Shown: positions 1 through 8,749, numbered from the stretch's first letter. The stretch is 24,709 nucleotides of DNA from Candidatus Eiseniibacteriota bacterium (GCA_046598045.1 JBKJJJ010000130.1:1-24709), one strand, 5' to 3'. The notes: generated from the letters alone by a model not told the origin. Made by a program: numbers and translations.

Positions 1-561
1 GGCGAGGGCCTCGTTCACACCCAGCAGCGCGGCCTTGACGTTGCGCGTGTCCTGCTGGGTCTCGATCAGGAGGAGGTCGACGCCGCCCTCGACCAGGCCG
101 AGCGCCTGCTCGCGGAAATTGTCCCTGAGCCCGTCGAACGAGATGCCGCCCGTGACCGTGATCGCCTTCGTGGTGGGACCCATCGAGCCCGCGACGAAGC
201 GCGGCCACTCCGGCGTCGCCACCAGGGCCGCAGCCTGGACCGCGAGTTGCGCGGCGAGGCGATTGAGCTCGCGCGCGCGCTCGCCGAGACCATACTCGGC
301 GAGCACGAGCGGCGTGCCGCCGAACGTGTCGGTCTCGATGATGTCCGCGCCCGCCGCGAGATACTGCAGGTGGATCTCGCGGATCACGTCGGGACGGCTC
401 TCGACCAGGATCTCGTTGCAGCCCTCGAGCTCGGGCCCGCCGAAATCCTGGGCCGTGAGGTCGAGCGCCTGGATCGCGGTGCCCATGGCGCCGTCGACCA
501 CGAGGATCTTCTCCTCGAGGAGCTGTGCGAGCAGTCGTCCGCGGTCCTTGGGGTCGTTCAT
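1..561 (-). CDS. metH: Cobalamin-dependent methionine synthase, N-terminal homocysteine-binding domain (partial, runs off window start)
   Basis: Not in the ORF track. Manual translation from the minus-strand ATG at 561 gives MNDPKDRGRLLAQLLEEKILVVDGAMGTAIQALDLTAQDFGGPELEGCNEILVESRPDVIREIHLQYLAAGADIIETDTFGG..., with the DGAMGT and GADIIET motifs and a later FVAGSMGPT motif typical of MetH. Confidence 0.93.
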   Translation of the reverse strand, partial: MNDPKDRGRLLAQLLEEKILVVDGAMGTAIQALDLTAQDFGGPELEGCNEILVESRPDVIREIHLQYLAAGADIIETDTFGGTPLVLAEYGLGERARELNRLAAQLAVQAAALVATPEWPRFVAGSMGPTTKAITVTGGISFDGLRDNFREQALGLVEGGVDLLLIETQQDTRNVKAALLGVNEALA

Positions 562-597
562 GCCCTTGAAAATCGCATGCTTCGCCCGTTCCGACAA
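562..597 (-). promoter_or_regulatory. Putative sigma70-type promoter for a leaderless metH transcript
   Basis: Minus strand reads TTGTCG-N17-GATTTT (with an extended TG), then 7 nt and the ATG. No Shine-Dalgarno is present. Confidence 0.4.
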
Positions 598-686
598 GGC
601 CGGTGGTCCGGCCCCGTTTGCCCCGTGCGGGGCGCGTTGCCTGCGGTAGGCGATTTGCAACGGGGGAGCGCGGGCGTGGACGGGGC

Positions 687-714
687 TCAACCCGCAGGCA
701 CCGCGGACCGATAA
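687..714 (+). promoter_or_regulatory. Possible sigma28 (FliA/WhiG)-like promoter
   Basis: TCAA-N16-ACCGATAA versus the consensus TAAA-N15-GCCGATAA. It lies just upstream of the AGGAGG RBS (722-727). Confidence 0.3.
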
Positions 715-736
715 CGCGCGCAGGAGGGATCCCGCC

Positions 737-1453
737 GTGACCCATCATGTGTCCGTTGCACCCGAAGCACATCCTGCCGCGCACGCGCTCGAACCACGCG
801 GCGGCCGCGTTGCCGTTGCGACCGCGGGCTCGCGCGCCGCGGCGCATAAGCTCATCACCGCCCTCGCGCTCGCGATCGCGCTCTCGCTGCTGATGGCGCT
901 GAGCCTGGCCGCGGTCGCCCGTGCCGACGTGCCCGACGTGCGCTTCTGCGTCGCCGACACGAACCTCGTGGCCTCGCCGGACGGCGGCTTCGGCTACACC
1001 GTCCTGCTGCGCGACAACGCGAATGCGCCGATCGTCGGCGGCACCGTGGTGCTCGACTTCACGGAGGCCGTGGGCATCACCCTGTGCAACGAGCAGGACA
1101 GCGACCACGACGGCCGGATCCTCGGCGCGACGAACTCGGCCGGCTCGGTCACGTTCTACGTCAAGGCGGGCGGCGTCTCGAGCGGCCGGGTGCGCGTCGG
1201 CACGGCGCTCGACCTGATCACCCAGGCGCGCCCCCGCACGACGGACTTCGACGGCGACCTCGACGTCGACACCACCGACCAGGACGCGATCAACGCGCTC
1301 GTCGGCACCGCCGGGCCGACCGGCGACCTCGACAGGAATGGCGTCGTCGACAGCGTCGACGTGGCGCTCGAAGCCGGGCGCGTGGGCAGCACCTGTACGA
1401 ATACCGCCTCGAGCGTCGCGACCTGGGGCTCGGTCAAGGCCCGCTACCGCTAA
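737..1453 (+). CDS. Secreted protein: signal peptide, Ig-like (Big_1-like) domain, dockerin-like double Ca-binding loop, C-terminal TWGSVKARYR motif
   Basis: AGGAGG RBS and GTG start. Hydrophobic stretch ending AVARA|D. Ig-like pattern 'YTVLLRDNANAPIVGGTVVLDF...TNSAGSVTF'. Two loops DFDGDLDVDTTD and DLDRNGVVDSVD. Confidence 0.8.
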   Translation: MTHHVSVAPEAHPAAHALEPRGGRVAVATAGSRAAAHKLITALALAIALSLLMALSLAAVARADVPDVRFCVADTNLVASPDGGFGYTVLLRDNANAPIVGGTVVLDFTEAVGITLCNEQDSDHDGRILGATNSAGSVTFYVKAGGVSSGRVRVGTALDLITQARPRTTDFDGDLDVDTTDQDAINALVGTAGPTGDLDRNGVVDSVDVALEAGRVGSTCTNTASSVATWGSVKARYR

Positions 1454-1464
1454 CTCCAGGACGC

Positions 1465-1493
1465 TGGACGGCCGCGCGAATCGCGGCTAAGGT
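1465..1493 (+). promoter_or_regulatory. Putative sigma70-type promoter of the NfeD-SPFH operon
   Basis: TGGACG-N17-TAAGGT upstream of the GGGAGG RBS. Confidence 0.45.
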
Positions 1494-1539
1494 TGCTCCC
1501 GCGCGGCCCGCATCTCCCTGCGCCGCCGGGAGGATCAAC

Positions 1540-1986
1540 GTGTCGAATTCCCTCAACTGGATCCTGCTGATCGTGGGCGTGCTCGCGTTCGCCGCCGAGG
1601 TCGTGCTCGGCGCGGCGACGGGCTTCGACCTCGCGCTGCTCGGCGCCTCGCTCGCCGCCGGCGGCGCGGCGGGGCTGATGTTCGGCTCGGCGAAGGTCGG
1701 CCTGTTCTCCGCCGGGGCGCTCGCGTTCCTTTACCTCGCGTTTCTGCGCCGGCGGATCCGCGCGAAGCTGACCAGCCCGCATACGCCGACGAACACCGAC
1801 GCCCTGCTCGGCAAGACCGCGCTCGTCACCGAGCGCATCGCGCCGCACGCGCCCGGAATGGTGCGCGTGGGCGACGAGATCTGGCGCGCCCGCTTGCTGA
1901 ACGATGCCGAGCCCGAGCCCGCGCGCGAGCCCGGGGCGATGGTCACCGTGGACGCCATCGAGGGCGTCACTCTCAAGGTGAGGTGA
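1540..1986 (+). CDS. NfeD family membrane protein (short form, C-terminal OB-fold)
   Basis: GTG start after GGGAGG (the true start lies within ORF 1084..1986). N-terminal TM helices; 'LLGKTALVTERI...GMVRVGDEIWRA...VTVDAIEGVTLKV'. Directly upstream of an SPFH gene. Confidence 0.88.
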   Translation: MSNSLNWILLIVGVLAFAAEVVLGAATGFDLALLGASLAAGGAAGLMFGSAKVGLFSAGALAFLYLAFLRRRIRAKLTSPHTPTNTDALLGKTALVTERIAPHAPGMVRVGDEIWRARLLNDAEPEPAREPGAMVTVDAIEGVTLKVR

Positions 1987-1989
1987 AAC

Positions 1990-2925
1990 GTGGGTGAAAC
2001 CAACGTCCTGTTCACGGTGTTGCTGGCGGTCTTCGCCGGCTTCGGACTGATCACGCTCGCGCGCACGGCGCGCATCGTGAAGCAATACGAGAAGGGCCTG
2101 GTCATGCGGCTCGGCAAGTACCGGGCGACGGTGGGCTCGGGGCTGACGTTTCTCGTGCCGTTCATCGAGGACCTGATCAACGTCGACATGCGCGAGAAGG
2201 TGATCAACGTCGAGCCCCAGAAGGTGATCACCAAGGACAACGTTTCGGTCACGGTGGACGCGGTCGTCTATTACAAGGTGATCGATCCGGTGAAGGCCGA
2301 GTTCGAGATCCAGAACTTCGGGTACGCCTGCACCACGCTCGCCCAGACCAACCTGCGCAACCTGATCGGCGACCGCGCGCTCGACGAGACGCTGGTCGCG
2401 CGCGACATGATCAACACCAACCTGCGCGCGGTGCTGGATGAAGCGACGAACATCTGGGGCGTCAAGGTGACGCGCGTCGAGGTGCAGAAGATCGACCCGC
2501 CGGTCGACATCACCGAGGCGATGTCGCGTCAGATGAAGGCCGAGCGCGACAAGCGCGCCGCGATCCTCGAGTCCGAGGGCATCAAGCAGAGCCAGATCCT
2601 GCAGGCCGAGGGCTCGCGCCAATCCGACATCCTGCGCGCCGAGGGCGAGGCCCAGGCCCGCATCACGCGCGCCAATGCCGAGGCCGAGGCGATCCGCCTG
2701 GTGTCGACCGCGGCCGAGACCTACTTCAAGGACCGCGCCGAGGTCATGCGCCGCCTCGAGGTGCTGAACCACACGCTGGGCTCGAACGCAAAGTTCATCC
2801 TGCCCTCGGGCGGCGACTTCGTGAACGTGCTCGGGCTGGGCGACATCGGCAGCGGGCCCCGGGGCGGCGGAGGCGGCGAGGGCGGCGGCGCGATGCCTCC
2901 GATCGTGCCGATCCGGCGGCCGTGA
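1990..2925 (+). CDS. SPFH/band-7 (stomatin, QmcA-like) membrane protein
   Basis: N-terminal TM helix; 'RLGKY...GLTFLVPFI', '[17 protein letters not shown]', 'WGVKVTRVE', and the coiled coil '[21 protein letters not shown]'. Confidence 0.95.
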   Translation: MGETNVLFTVLLAVFAGFGLITLARTARIVKQYEKGLVMRLGKYRATVGSGLTFLVPFIEDLINVDMREKVINVEPQKVITKDNVSVTVDAVVYYKVIDPVKAEFEIQNFGYACTTLAQTNLRNLIGDRALDETLVARDMINTNLRAVLDEATNIWGVKVTRVEVQKIDPPVDITEAMSRQMKAERDKRAAILESEGIKQSQILQAEGSRQSDILRAEGEAQARITRANAEAEAIRLVSTAAETYFKDRAEVMRRLEVLNHTLGSNAKFILPSGGDFVNVLGLGDIGSGPRGGGGGEGGGAMPPIVPIRRP

Positions 2926-2970
2926 CCGCCGCGCGCGATCCCGAGTGGCTGGACGCGGGCGTCGCGCCGG

Positions 2971-4341
2971 CTAAATCGCGCCTTCGGGAATCGCGGCGCC
3001 GGGAGCGGCCCCGGCTTCGGTCGCGGCCCCTTCGCGTTGGTGCAGCTTGAGGAACGGCAGGACGCAGATGCCGATCATCCCGAGGCCGGCGTCGAGCGCG
3101 AGCGTCGCCGGGTAGCCCCAGCGCGTGATCGCGAATCCCTGCCAGGTCGACGTATAGACAGTCACGAGGTTGAGCATCGCCATGTAGGCCGTGAACTGGG
3201 TCGCGGCGACGCGCGGATTCGTGATGTCCATGAACAGCGCCGCCCGGATGCCGTAATAGAGCCCCTGGAACAAGTTGTAGACCAGGCACGCGATCCAGAA
3301 CGTGAGCACCAGGTCGGCCGGAGGGATCGGGCGGTTCGGCGCGTTCGGGGCGATCGCATGGATCCACGGCGCGTGCTGCATCGCGTAGGCCAGCCACAGC
3401 GTCGGGATCGCGGTCAGGAACAGGAACGTGCCGAGCGTCTTCCGGCGCCCGAACCGGTCCGACAGCCACCCGCCCGCGATGCAACCCGCGGCGGAGATCA
3501 CCGTCGACCAGAGGCTGAGCTGCGCAACCTTGTTGTCGTTGAGCCCGAGCTCGACCGCGAGGTTCGACTGCAGCGCGAGTCCGAGCGCGTAGGCGCCGGT
3601 GGGGAGGAGCGCGCAGACGAGCCCGAGTGTCGCCGCGCGCGAACCCCGAAACGTGCGCCATGCCTCGAACACGAACGCCTGGAGTTCGCCCCCGATGGCT
3701 GCAAGCCGGCTGCCCGCGGCCCGCAGGCGCTCGGGCTCGAGCGGCTCGCGGATGGGCAGCGCCACGAACAACGTGATCAGCCCGATCGATCCCGCGACGA
3801 AGAGATAGGTCAGCTTGAACGAAATGATCGCCGCCAGGAACAGTGCGCCCGAGCCACCGATCGTCTGGCCGAGCGTCGCGCCTCCGAACATGAAGCCGTT
3901 CGCCACGCCACGCTCGTCCGGCTTGAGCACGCCGACGGCGAGCGCGTCGATCGCCACGTCCTGGGTCGCGCAAAACGCGTTGTGGATGATGATCAGGAGC
4001 GTGAACAGCTTGAGGTTGGTCGTGAAGTTCACCGGGATCGCGATCAGGAGCGTGAGGATCATGAGCACCTGCATGCCCACGATCCACGTGCGCCGCCGGC
4101 CGAAGCGCCGCGACGTCACCGTGTCGACGATCGGCCCGGCGATCCACTTGAACGCCCACGGCAGGTAGAGCGAGGCCACGAACACGCCGATCTCCGCGGG
4201 GCTGAGGCCCTGGCGGCGCATCTGGGTCGCGACCGCGGTGGCGGTGAAGCCGAGCGGGATGCCCTCGGTGACGTAGAGCAGGAAGAACGCGGTCAGCCGC
4301 CCCCGGCGGGTCGCGAGCAGGTCGGGAAAAGGCAGGCGCAT
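2971..4341 (-). CDS. AmpG-family MFS transporter
   Basis: Multi-TM protein with 'LYVTEGIPLGF', 'LPWAFKWIAGPIVD', 'ATQDVAIDA' and 'ATQFTAYMA' motifs. ATG at 4341 chosen as start. Confidence 0.85.
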   Translation of the reverse strand: MRLPFPDLLATRRGRLTAFFLLYVTEGIPLGFTATAVATQMRRQGLSPAEIGVFVASLYLPWAFKWIAGPIVDTVTSRRFGRRRTWIVGMQVLMILTLLIAIPVNFTTNLKLFTLLIIIHNAFCATQDVAIDALAVGVLKPDERGVANGFMFGGATLGQTIGGSGALFLAAIISFKLTYLFVAGSIGLITLFVALPIREPLEPERLRAAGSRLAAIGGELQAFVFEAWRTFRGSRAATLGLVCALLPTGAYALGLALQSNLAVELGLNDNKVAQLSLWSTVISAAGCIAGGWLSDRFGRRKTLGTFLFLTAIPTLWLAYAMQHAPWIHAIAPNAPNRPIPPADLVLTFWIACLVYNLFQGLYYGIRAALFMDITNPRVAATQFTAYMAMLNLVTVYTSTWQGFAITRWGYPATLALDAGLGMIGICVLPFLKLHQREGAATEAGAAPGAAIPEGAI

Positions 4342-4384
4342 GGCGCGAGACGGTAGCACGCGGTCCGCCGCGCCGGGTGTCAGG

Positions 4385-4427
4385 AAAAAACACGAACGGG
4401 CCCGGACTTGCGTCCCAGGCCCGTCGT
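4385..4427 (-). terminator. Rho-independent terminator of the DUF4331 gene
   Basis: Minus strand ACGACGGGCCTGGGAC-GCAA-GTCCGGGCCCGTTCGT followed by GTTTTTT, with a GNRA loop. A second perfect 8-bp hairpin (GGACGTCT-N6-AGACGTCC, 4434-4455) precedes it. Confidence 0.75.
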
Positions 4428-4473
4428 GCGTCCGGACGTCTCCCTCAAGACGTCCGTCCCCTACAGCGCTTCC

Positions 4474-6207
4474 CTACTCGAGGATCAGCTTCTTGTCGTC
4501 GGCCACCTTGCCGCCGGTGGTGTAGCGCGCGAAGTAGACGCCCTTGGCGATCGACGCGCCATTGTCGTCCCGGCCGTCCCACACCGCACGGAAGCTGCCC
4601 GCCGCGGCGTCCTGGTCGACCAGGGTGCGCACCAGCCGCCCGTTCGCGGCGTACACCTTGAGCGTGACGCGGGCGCTCGCCGGCACCGAGTAGGCGAGCA
4701 CGTGCGACGGCCCGGGGTTCGCGCTCGCGAGCTGCACGCTCGCCAGGCCCGGGGTCGCCTGCGCGTTCTCGGGCAGCACGTTGATAGGGCCGTCGATGCG
4801 CGGATGGATGCTGTTGACCGACGCGCCGTTCTGCGTGACGTAGTGCACGTTGTTGAGCGGGTTGTTCGGCGTGTTGACGTACGGGAAGTACGGCAGGAAC
4901 GGTTTGTCGTTCGCATCCACGCCGTCGCCCAGCAGGTTCGCCGGGGCGTTGTTGAAGCCCGGCACGAGGATACCCGCGGCCACGCGCTCCTCGATGTCGA
5001 CGACGTCGTCACCGAGGCGACGGCCGTTCGGGAAGCCCGCGATGTCGCCGGCGATCACGCCCAGGCGGTTCGGGGTCGTGGTCGGCGCGATCGCCATGTT
5101 CAGGCGCAGCATCTCGCACGCAACCTGGTTCGGGTTCGCCGGCTTGTTGAGGCCCGGGAGGCCCGTCAGGAACACGGCGACGAGGTCGTTGCGCGGCGTC
5201 GGGGGCGACGGGATCCCGTAGAGCGCGGTGAACAGGCCGGGCAGGCCCGGGTTCGTGACGTAGCTCACGAACGCGCCGTCGCCGGTCGGCTTGGTGGCGT
5301 TGAACTTGTCCTTGTCGGCGAGGCCGATCACGACCTCGTTGACCAGCGGGTGACCGAGGCGCGAGACCTGGAACTCCGGTCCGCTCACGCTCACGGTGCC
5401 GTCGCCGTTGATCGTGCGGTTCTGCAGGCGCTCGGCCGAGTCGTAGATGCCGATCACGGAATTGTTCGAGTTGACCGGGCCGCCATCGCTGGTCAGGCGC
5501 GTCTTCGGCACCTGGAGCACGATCGACATCACGTTGTAGCCCGAGACCAGGTCGACGCCCTTGCCCTTGTTGCCGGGCACCTTGCGGATCGTGAGCAGGT
5601 CGAAGATCGCGCCCAGGTCGACGAAGAACGGATCCTCGCGCGGGCCGACGAAGATCTTGGTGCCGTCGGAGGCGGTGACGATCGCGGAGGTCGCGAGCGC
5701 CTCGTAGTTCGGCATCGAGGTCGGGCCGACGTACTGCGGCGCGACCTGGCCGGTGGCGAGCACGCTCTCCACGCCGTTGTCGTTGCGGGTCAGCGTCCAG
5801 TACTGGCGGACGTTGAGGTCCGGGTCGTCGAGCGCGGTCACCTGGCCGGTGTTGTAGAGGAACGTCGCGCCGGTCTGGCGCGTGCTGTGGAACGTGAACT
5901 CGAAGCGGATGTGGTCCCGGGCGTCGCCCACGTTGTCGACGTTCACGTAGTAGTGCGCGTCGTCGTCGAAGCCGTAGAAGTTCGGGCCGCCGGCGGGCTC
6001 GAGCAGCGGAACCCAGTTGCCGACGATGGTCACGGCGTTCGGCGCGTCGGGCGAAACGAACGCGTACATGTCGGTGTCGTCGGTCAGGCGGTCCTTGGAC
6101 GTGCCGGGGGCCTCGCTGTGGCTCGAAGCGAACGCAAGCGCCGGGACCAGCGTGAGGGCCGCCGCGAGCGCCAGGGCGCGCGGGGTGTGGCGGAACAAGC
6201 GGTGCAT
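4474..6207 (-). CDS. Secreted DUF4331-family protein with C-terminal FlgD-Ig / T9SS-CTD-like domain
   Basis: AAGGAGGA RBS; signal peptide AFA|SSHSEAP; 'DDTDMYAF', 'FVGPREDPFFVDL', 'QVSRLGHPLVNEV' and 'GFPNGRRLGDDVVDI' (DUF4331). C-terminus 'VYAANGRLVRTLVD...WDGRDDNG...GVYFARY...KKLILE'. Confidence 0.88.
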   Translation of the reverse strand: MHRLFRHTPRALALAAALTLVPALAFASSHSEAPGTSKDRLTDDTDMYAFVSPDAPNAVTIVGNWVPLLEPAGGPNFYGFDDDAHYYVNVDNVGDARDHIRFEFTFHSTRQTGATFLYNTGQVTALDDPDLNVRQYWTLTRNDNGVESVLATGQVAPQYVGPTSMPNYEALATSAIVTASDGTKIFVGPREDPFFVDLGAIFDLLTIRKVPGNKGKGVDLVSGYNVMSIVLQVPKTRLTSDGGPVNSNNSVIGIYDSAERLQNRTINGDGTVSVSGPEFQVSRLGHPLVNEVVIGLADKDKFNATKPTGDGAFVSYVTNPGLPGLFTALYGIPSPPTPRNDLVAVFLTGLPGLNKPANPNQVACEMLRLNMAIAPTTTPNRLGVIAGDIAGFPNGRRLGDDVVDIEERVAAGILVPGFNNAPANLLGDGVDANDKPFLPYFPYVNTPNNPLNNVHYVTQNGASVNSIHPRIDGPINVLPENAQATPGLASVQLASANPGPSHVLAYSVPASARVTLKVYAANGRLVRTLVDQDAAAGSFRAVWDGRDDNGASIAKGVYFARYTTGGKVADDKKLILE

Positions 6208-6291
6208 CGGACATCCTCCTTCAAGCAGTGGGGCAACGGATGGGGGGCTCGGACTTCGGGAGCTCGAACCCCGGTGGGGGCTCGCCAGCAG

Positions 6292-6317
6292 TACGGGCCA
6301 GGGGCCCGATCGGATGG
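6292..6317 (-). promoter_or_regulatory. ECF-sigma-type promoter for the DUF4331 gene
   Basis: Minus strand CCATCC-N16-CGTA about 85 nt upstream of the start codon, resembling SigK / RpoE-ChrR class promoters. Confidence 0.55.
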
Positions 6318-6359
6318 GTCGCCCGGCCGGGGGACCCTCGCACCCGGGGCGGCGCCCGC

Positions 6360-6389
6360 TTGCGCCCGCCCCGCCCGGGCGGGCATCAT
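6360..6389 (+). promoter_or_regulatory. Putative sigma70-type promoter for a leaderless tsaD transcript
   Basis: TTGCGC-N18-CATCAT, then 6 nt to the ATG. No Shine-Dalgarno is present. Confidence 0.45.
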
Positions 6390-6395
6390 GGCGGC

Positions 6396-7427
6396 ATGCT
6401 CGTGCTCGGAATCGAAACCTCCTGCGACGACACGGCCGCCGCCGTGGTCGAAGACGCCCGGACCGTGCGCTCGAACGTGATCGCCGCCCAGGACGTGCAC
6501 CGCGAATTCGGCGGCGTCGTGCCCGAGCTCGCCTCGCGCGCGCACCTCGACCTGATCGCGCCCACGGTCGCGCGCGCGCTCGAGGACGCCGGGATCGGGT
6601 TCACCGCCCTCGACGGCATCGCGGTCACGCGCGCGCCGGGGCTGATGGGCTCGTTGCTCGTCGGGGTCAGCTACGCGAAGGCGCTCGCGGCCGCGCTCGG
6701 CATTCCCCTGGTCGGCGTGAACCACATCGAGGCTCACCTGCTCGCACCGTTGCTCGAGGGCGCCGAGTTCACCTACCCGATGGTCGGCGCCGTGGTGTCG
6801 GGCGGGCACTCGGAGATCTTCGTGGTCGAGGGGCCGGGGCGTTACGCGATCGTGGGCACGACGCGCGACGACGCGATCGGCGAGGCCTTCGACAAGGTCG
6901 CGAAGCTGCTCGGCCTGGGCTTCCCGGGCGGCCCCGTGATCGACCGGCTCTCGAGCAGCGGCGATGCGGCGCGCTTCCCGCTCCCGCGCGGCATGCAGCA
7001 TTCGGGGGACTTCGACCTTTCGTTCTCGGGGCTCAAGAGCGCGGTCAAGCGCACGGTCGAACGCGCGGCGCCGAACGGCGCCCCCTTCGACGAGGCGTTC
7101 ATCGCCGACGTGTGCGCCTCGTTCCAGGCGGCCGCCGTCGGCTCCCTGCTCGCGAAGCTCGAGGCGGCCGCGGTGGCGCACGGCGCACGCTCGCTCGCGG
7201 TGGGCGGAGGCGTCGCCTGCAACCGCGCGCTGCGCGCCGGGCTGAAGGAGATGGGCACGCGGCTCGGCGTGCCCGCGTTCCACCCTTCGCCGCGGCTGTG
7301 CGCCGACAACGGCGCGATGATCGCGCTCGTCGGGTCGCTCCGGCTTCAGCGCGGCGAGGCCGACGGGCCCGGGCTCGAGCCGGTCGCGAACCTCGACGAA
7401 AGCGGGCTCCTCACCGCCGCTCCTTAG
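6396..7427 (+). CDS. tsaD: tRNA N6-adenosine threonylcarbamoyltransferase TsaD
   Basis: 'MLVLGIETSCDDT', 'GGVVPELASRAH', 'VNHIEAH', 'VSGGH', 'TRDDAIGEAFDK', 'DNGAMIA'. Confidence 0.97.
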   Translation: MLVLGIETSCDDTAAAVVEDARTVRSNVIAAQDVHREFGGVVPELASRAHLDLIAPTVARALEDAGIGFTALDGIAVTRAPGLMGSLLVGVSYAKALAAALGIPLVGVNHIEAHLLAPLLEGAEFTYPMVGAVVSGGHSEIFVVEGPGRYAIVGTTRDDAIGEAFDKVAKLLGLGFPGGPVIDRLSSSGDAARFPLPRGMQHSGDFDLSFSGLKSAVKRTVERAAPNGAPFDEAFIADVCASFQAAAVGSLLAKLEAAAVAHGARSLAVGGGVACNRALRAGLKEMGTRLGVPAFHPSPRLCADNGAMIALVGSLRLQRGEADGPGLEPVANLDESGLLTAAP

Positions 7428-7680
7428 AACCGCTTTCAAATCCGCTGGCGGTCGCACCGGGGCCCCTCCCGGTTGGCTGCAAATTGCCCACAAGGGCCGG
7501 TTTTCGTGCAGGCCGCCCGGCCGCGCACGGTGGTCCGAAAATCGCAGGCGCCGCCGCGGCGCCTGCGGGCCGGGGGAGCGGGGTCTCGCGCCGGCGCCAA
7601 GTCGTATGGGGGCCGCGGCTTCGCGGCTCTGCGTTCGGGCGGCACCCCGCCCGGGGCCTTGCCCCCGGAAAATGCTCCGC

Positions 7681-7696
7681 TGGCACAGGACTTGCC
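7681..7696 (+). promoter_or_regulatory. Sigma54 (RpoN) -24/-12 promoter
   Basis: TGGCAC-AGGAC-TTGC matches the TGGCAC-N5-TTGC consensus exactly. It lies about 65 nt upstream of the first gene of the signalling operon, in a 330-bp intergenic gap. Confidence 0.8.
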
Positions 7697-7758
7697 TTTC
7701 CCCGGGTGGTCATCGGACTCGCGCTCGCGCGCGTCCGCACGCTCATGGGGGATTCCTG

Positions 7759-8748
7759 GTGCCCAAGTTCGAAGGTCGCATTCTCGTCGCCGACGACGAA
7801 CCGAACCTGCGGGAAGCGCTGCGCTTCCTGTTCACGCGCAACAATTTCGAGGTGCTCGTGGCCGAGGACGGCCAGGAGGCGCTCGAGGTCGCGTTGCGCG
7901 AGCTGCCCGACCTGATCCTGCTCGATGTCATGATGCCGCGCATGGACGGCTACGAGGCCTGCCGCCGCCTGCGCGCCCACTACCGCACGCGCCACATCCC
8001 CATCCTGATCGCGACCGCGAAGGGCGGCGACGACGACAAGCTCGTCGGCCTCGAGGGCGGCGCGAACGACTACATCACCAAGCCGTGGGTCAACAAGGAG
8101 CTGCTGCAGCGCGTGCGCAACCACCTCGAGTGGTCGCGCAGCCAGCGCGCCGTCAATCCGCTCACGGGCCTGCCCGGCAACCTGTCGATCCTCGCCGAGC
8201 GCGACCGTCGCGTCGCGGCGGACGAGCCGTTCGCGCAGATCTTCCTCGATCTCGACAATTTCAAGGCGTTCAACGACCGCTACGGGTTCCCGATCGGCGA
8301 CACGGCGATCCAGGCGGTCGCCGAGGTGCTGGTCGAGGTCGTCGAGTCGCAGGGCCAGCCGGGTGACTTCGTCGGCCACATCGGCGGCGACGACTTCCAG
8401 ATCCTGACCGAGCCCGATCGCGCGGAGGCGCTCGCCGAGTCGTTCAAGGATGCGCTCGACTTGCGGATGCCGCTGCTCTACGAAGCCGAGGACCGCGCGC
8501 AGGGGTTCGTGCGAGTGCGCAACCGCCGGCACGAGTTCGAGGACCTCCCCCTCATCAGCGTGACCATGGCCGTCGCGCTGTACGACCCGCAGGCCGGCAC
8601 GCACCTCGCGCAGGTCGACGACGCGTTGCGCGAACTCAAGCAGTACGGCAAGGGATTGCCCGGCTCCGTCGTGGTGACGGAACGCCGCCGTGCGAGCGAG
8701 AGCAACCACGATGCCCACGCGGCCGTCAAATTCAAGAAGAGCGCCTGA
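7759..8748 (+). CDS. Response regulator with receiver and GGDEF (diguanylate cyclase-like) domains
   Basis: REC motifs ADDE, LLDVMMP and KP. GGDEF domain 'NPLTGLPGN...DLDNFKAFNDRYGFPIGD...GHIGGDDF'. GTG start after GGGGGA. Confidence 0.92.
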   Translation: MPKFEGRILVADDEPNLREALRFLFTRNNFEVLVAEDGQEALEVALRELPDLILLDVMMPRMDGYEACRRLRAHYRTRHIPILIATAKGGDDDKLVGLEGGANDYITKPWVNKELLQRVRNHLEWSRSQRAVNPLTGLPGNLSILAERDRRVAADEPFAQIFLDLDNFKAFNDRYGFPIGDTAIQAVAEVLVEVVESQGQPGDFVGHIGGDDFQILTEPDRAEALAESFKDALDLRMPLLYEAEDRAQGFVRVRNRRHEFEDLPLISVTMAVALYDPQAGTHLAQVDDALRELKQYGKGLPGSVVVTERRRASESNHDAHAAVKFKKSA

Positions 8749-8749
8749 G

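Noticed and set aside
2850..2925. Gly-rich tail of the SPFH protein and GGC runs as a repeat element
   Set aside because: Ordinary low-complexity coding sequence with no regular repeat unit.
8255..8305. Hypr-GGDEF (3',3'-cGAMP synthase) specificity
   Set aside because: The guanine-selecting Asp in 'GFPIGD' is retained, whereas Hypr enzymes carry Ser/Thr at that position.
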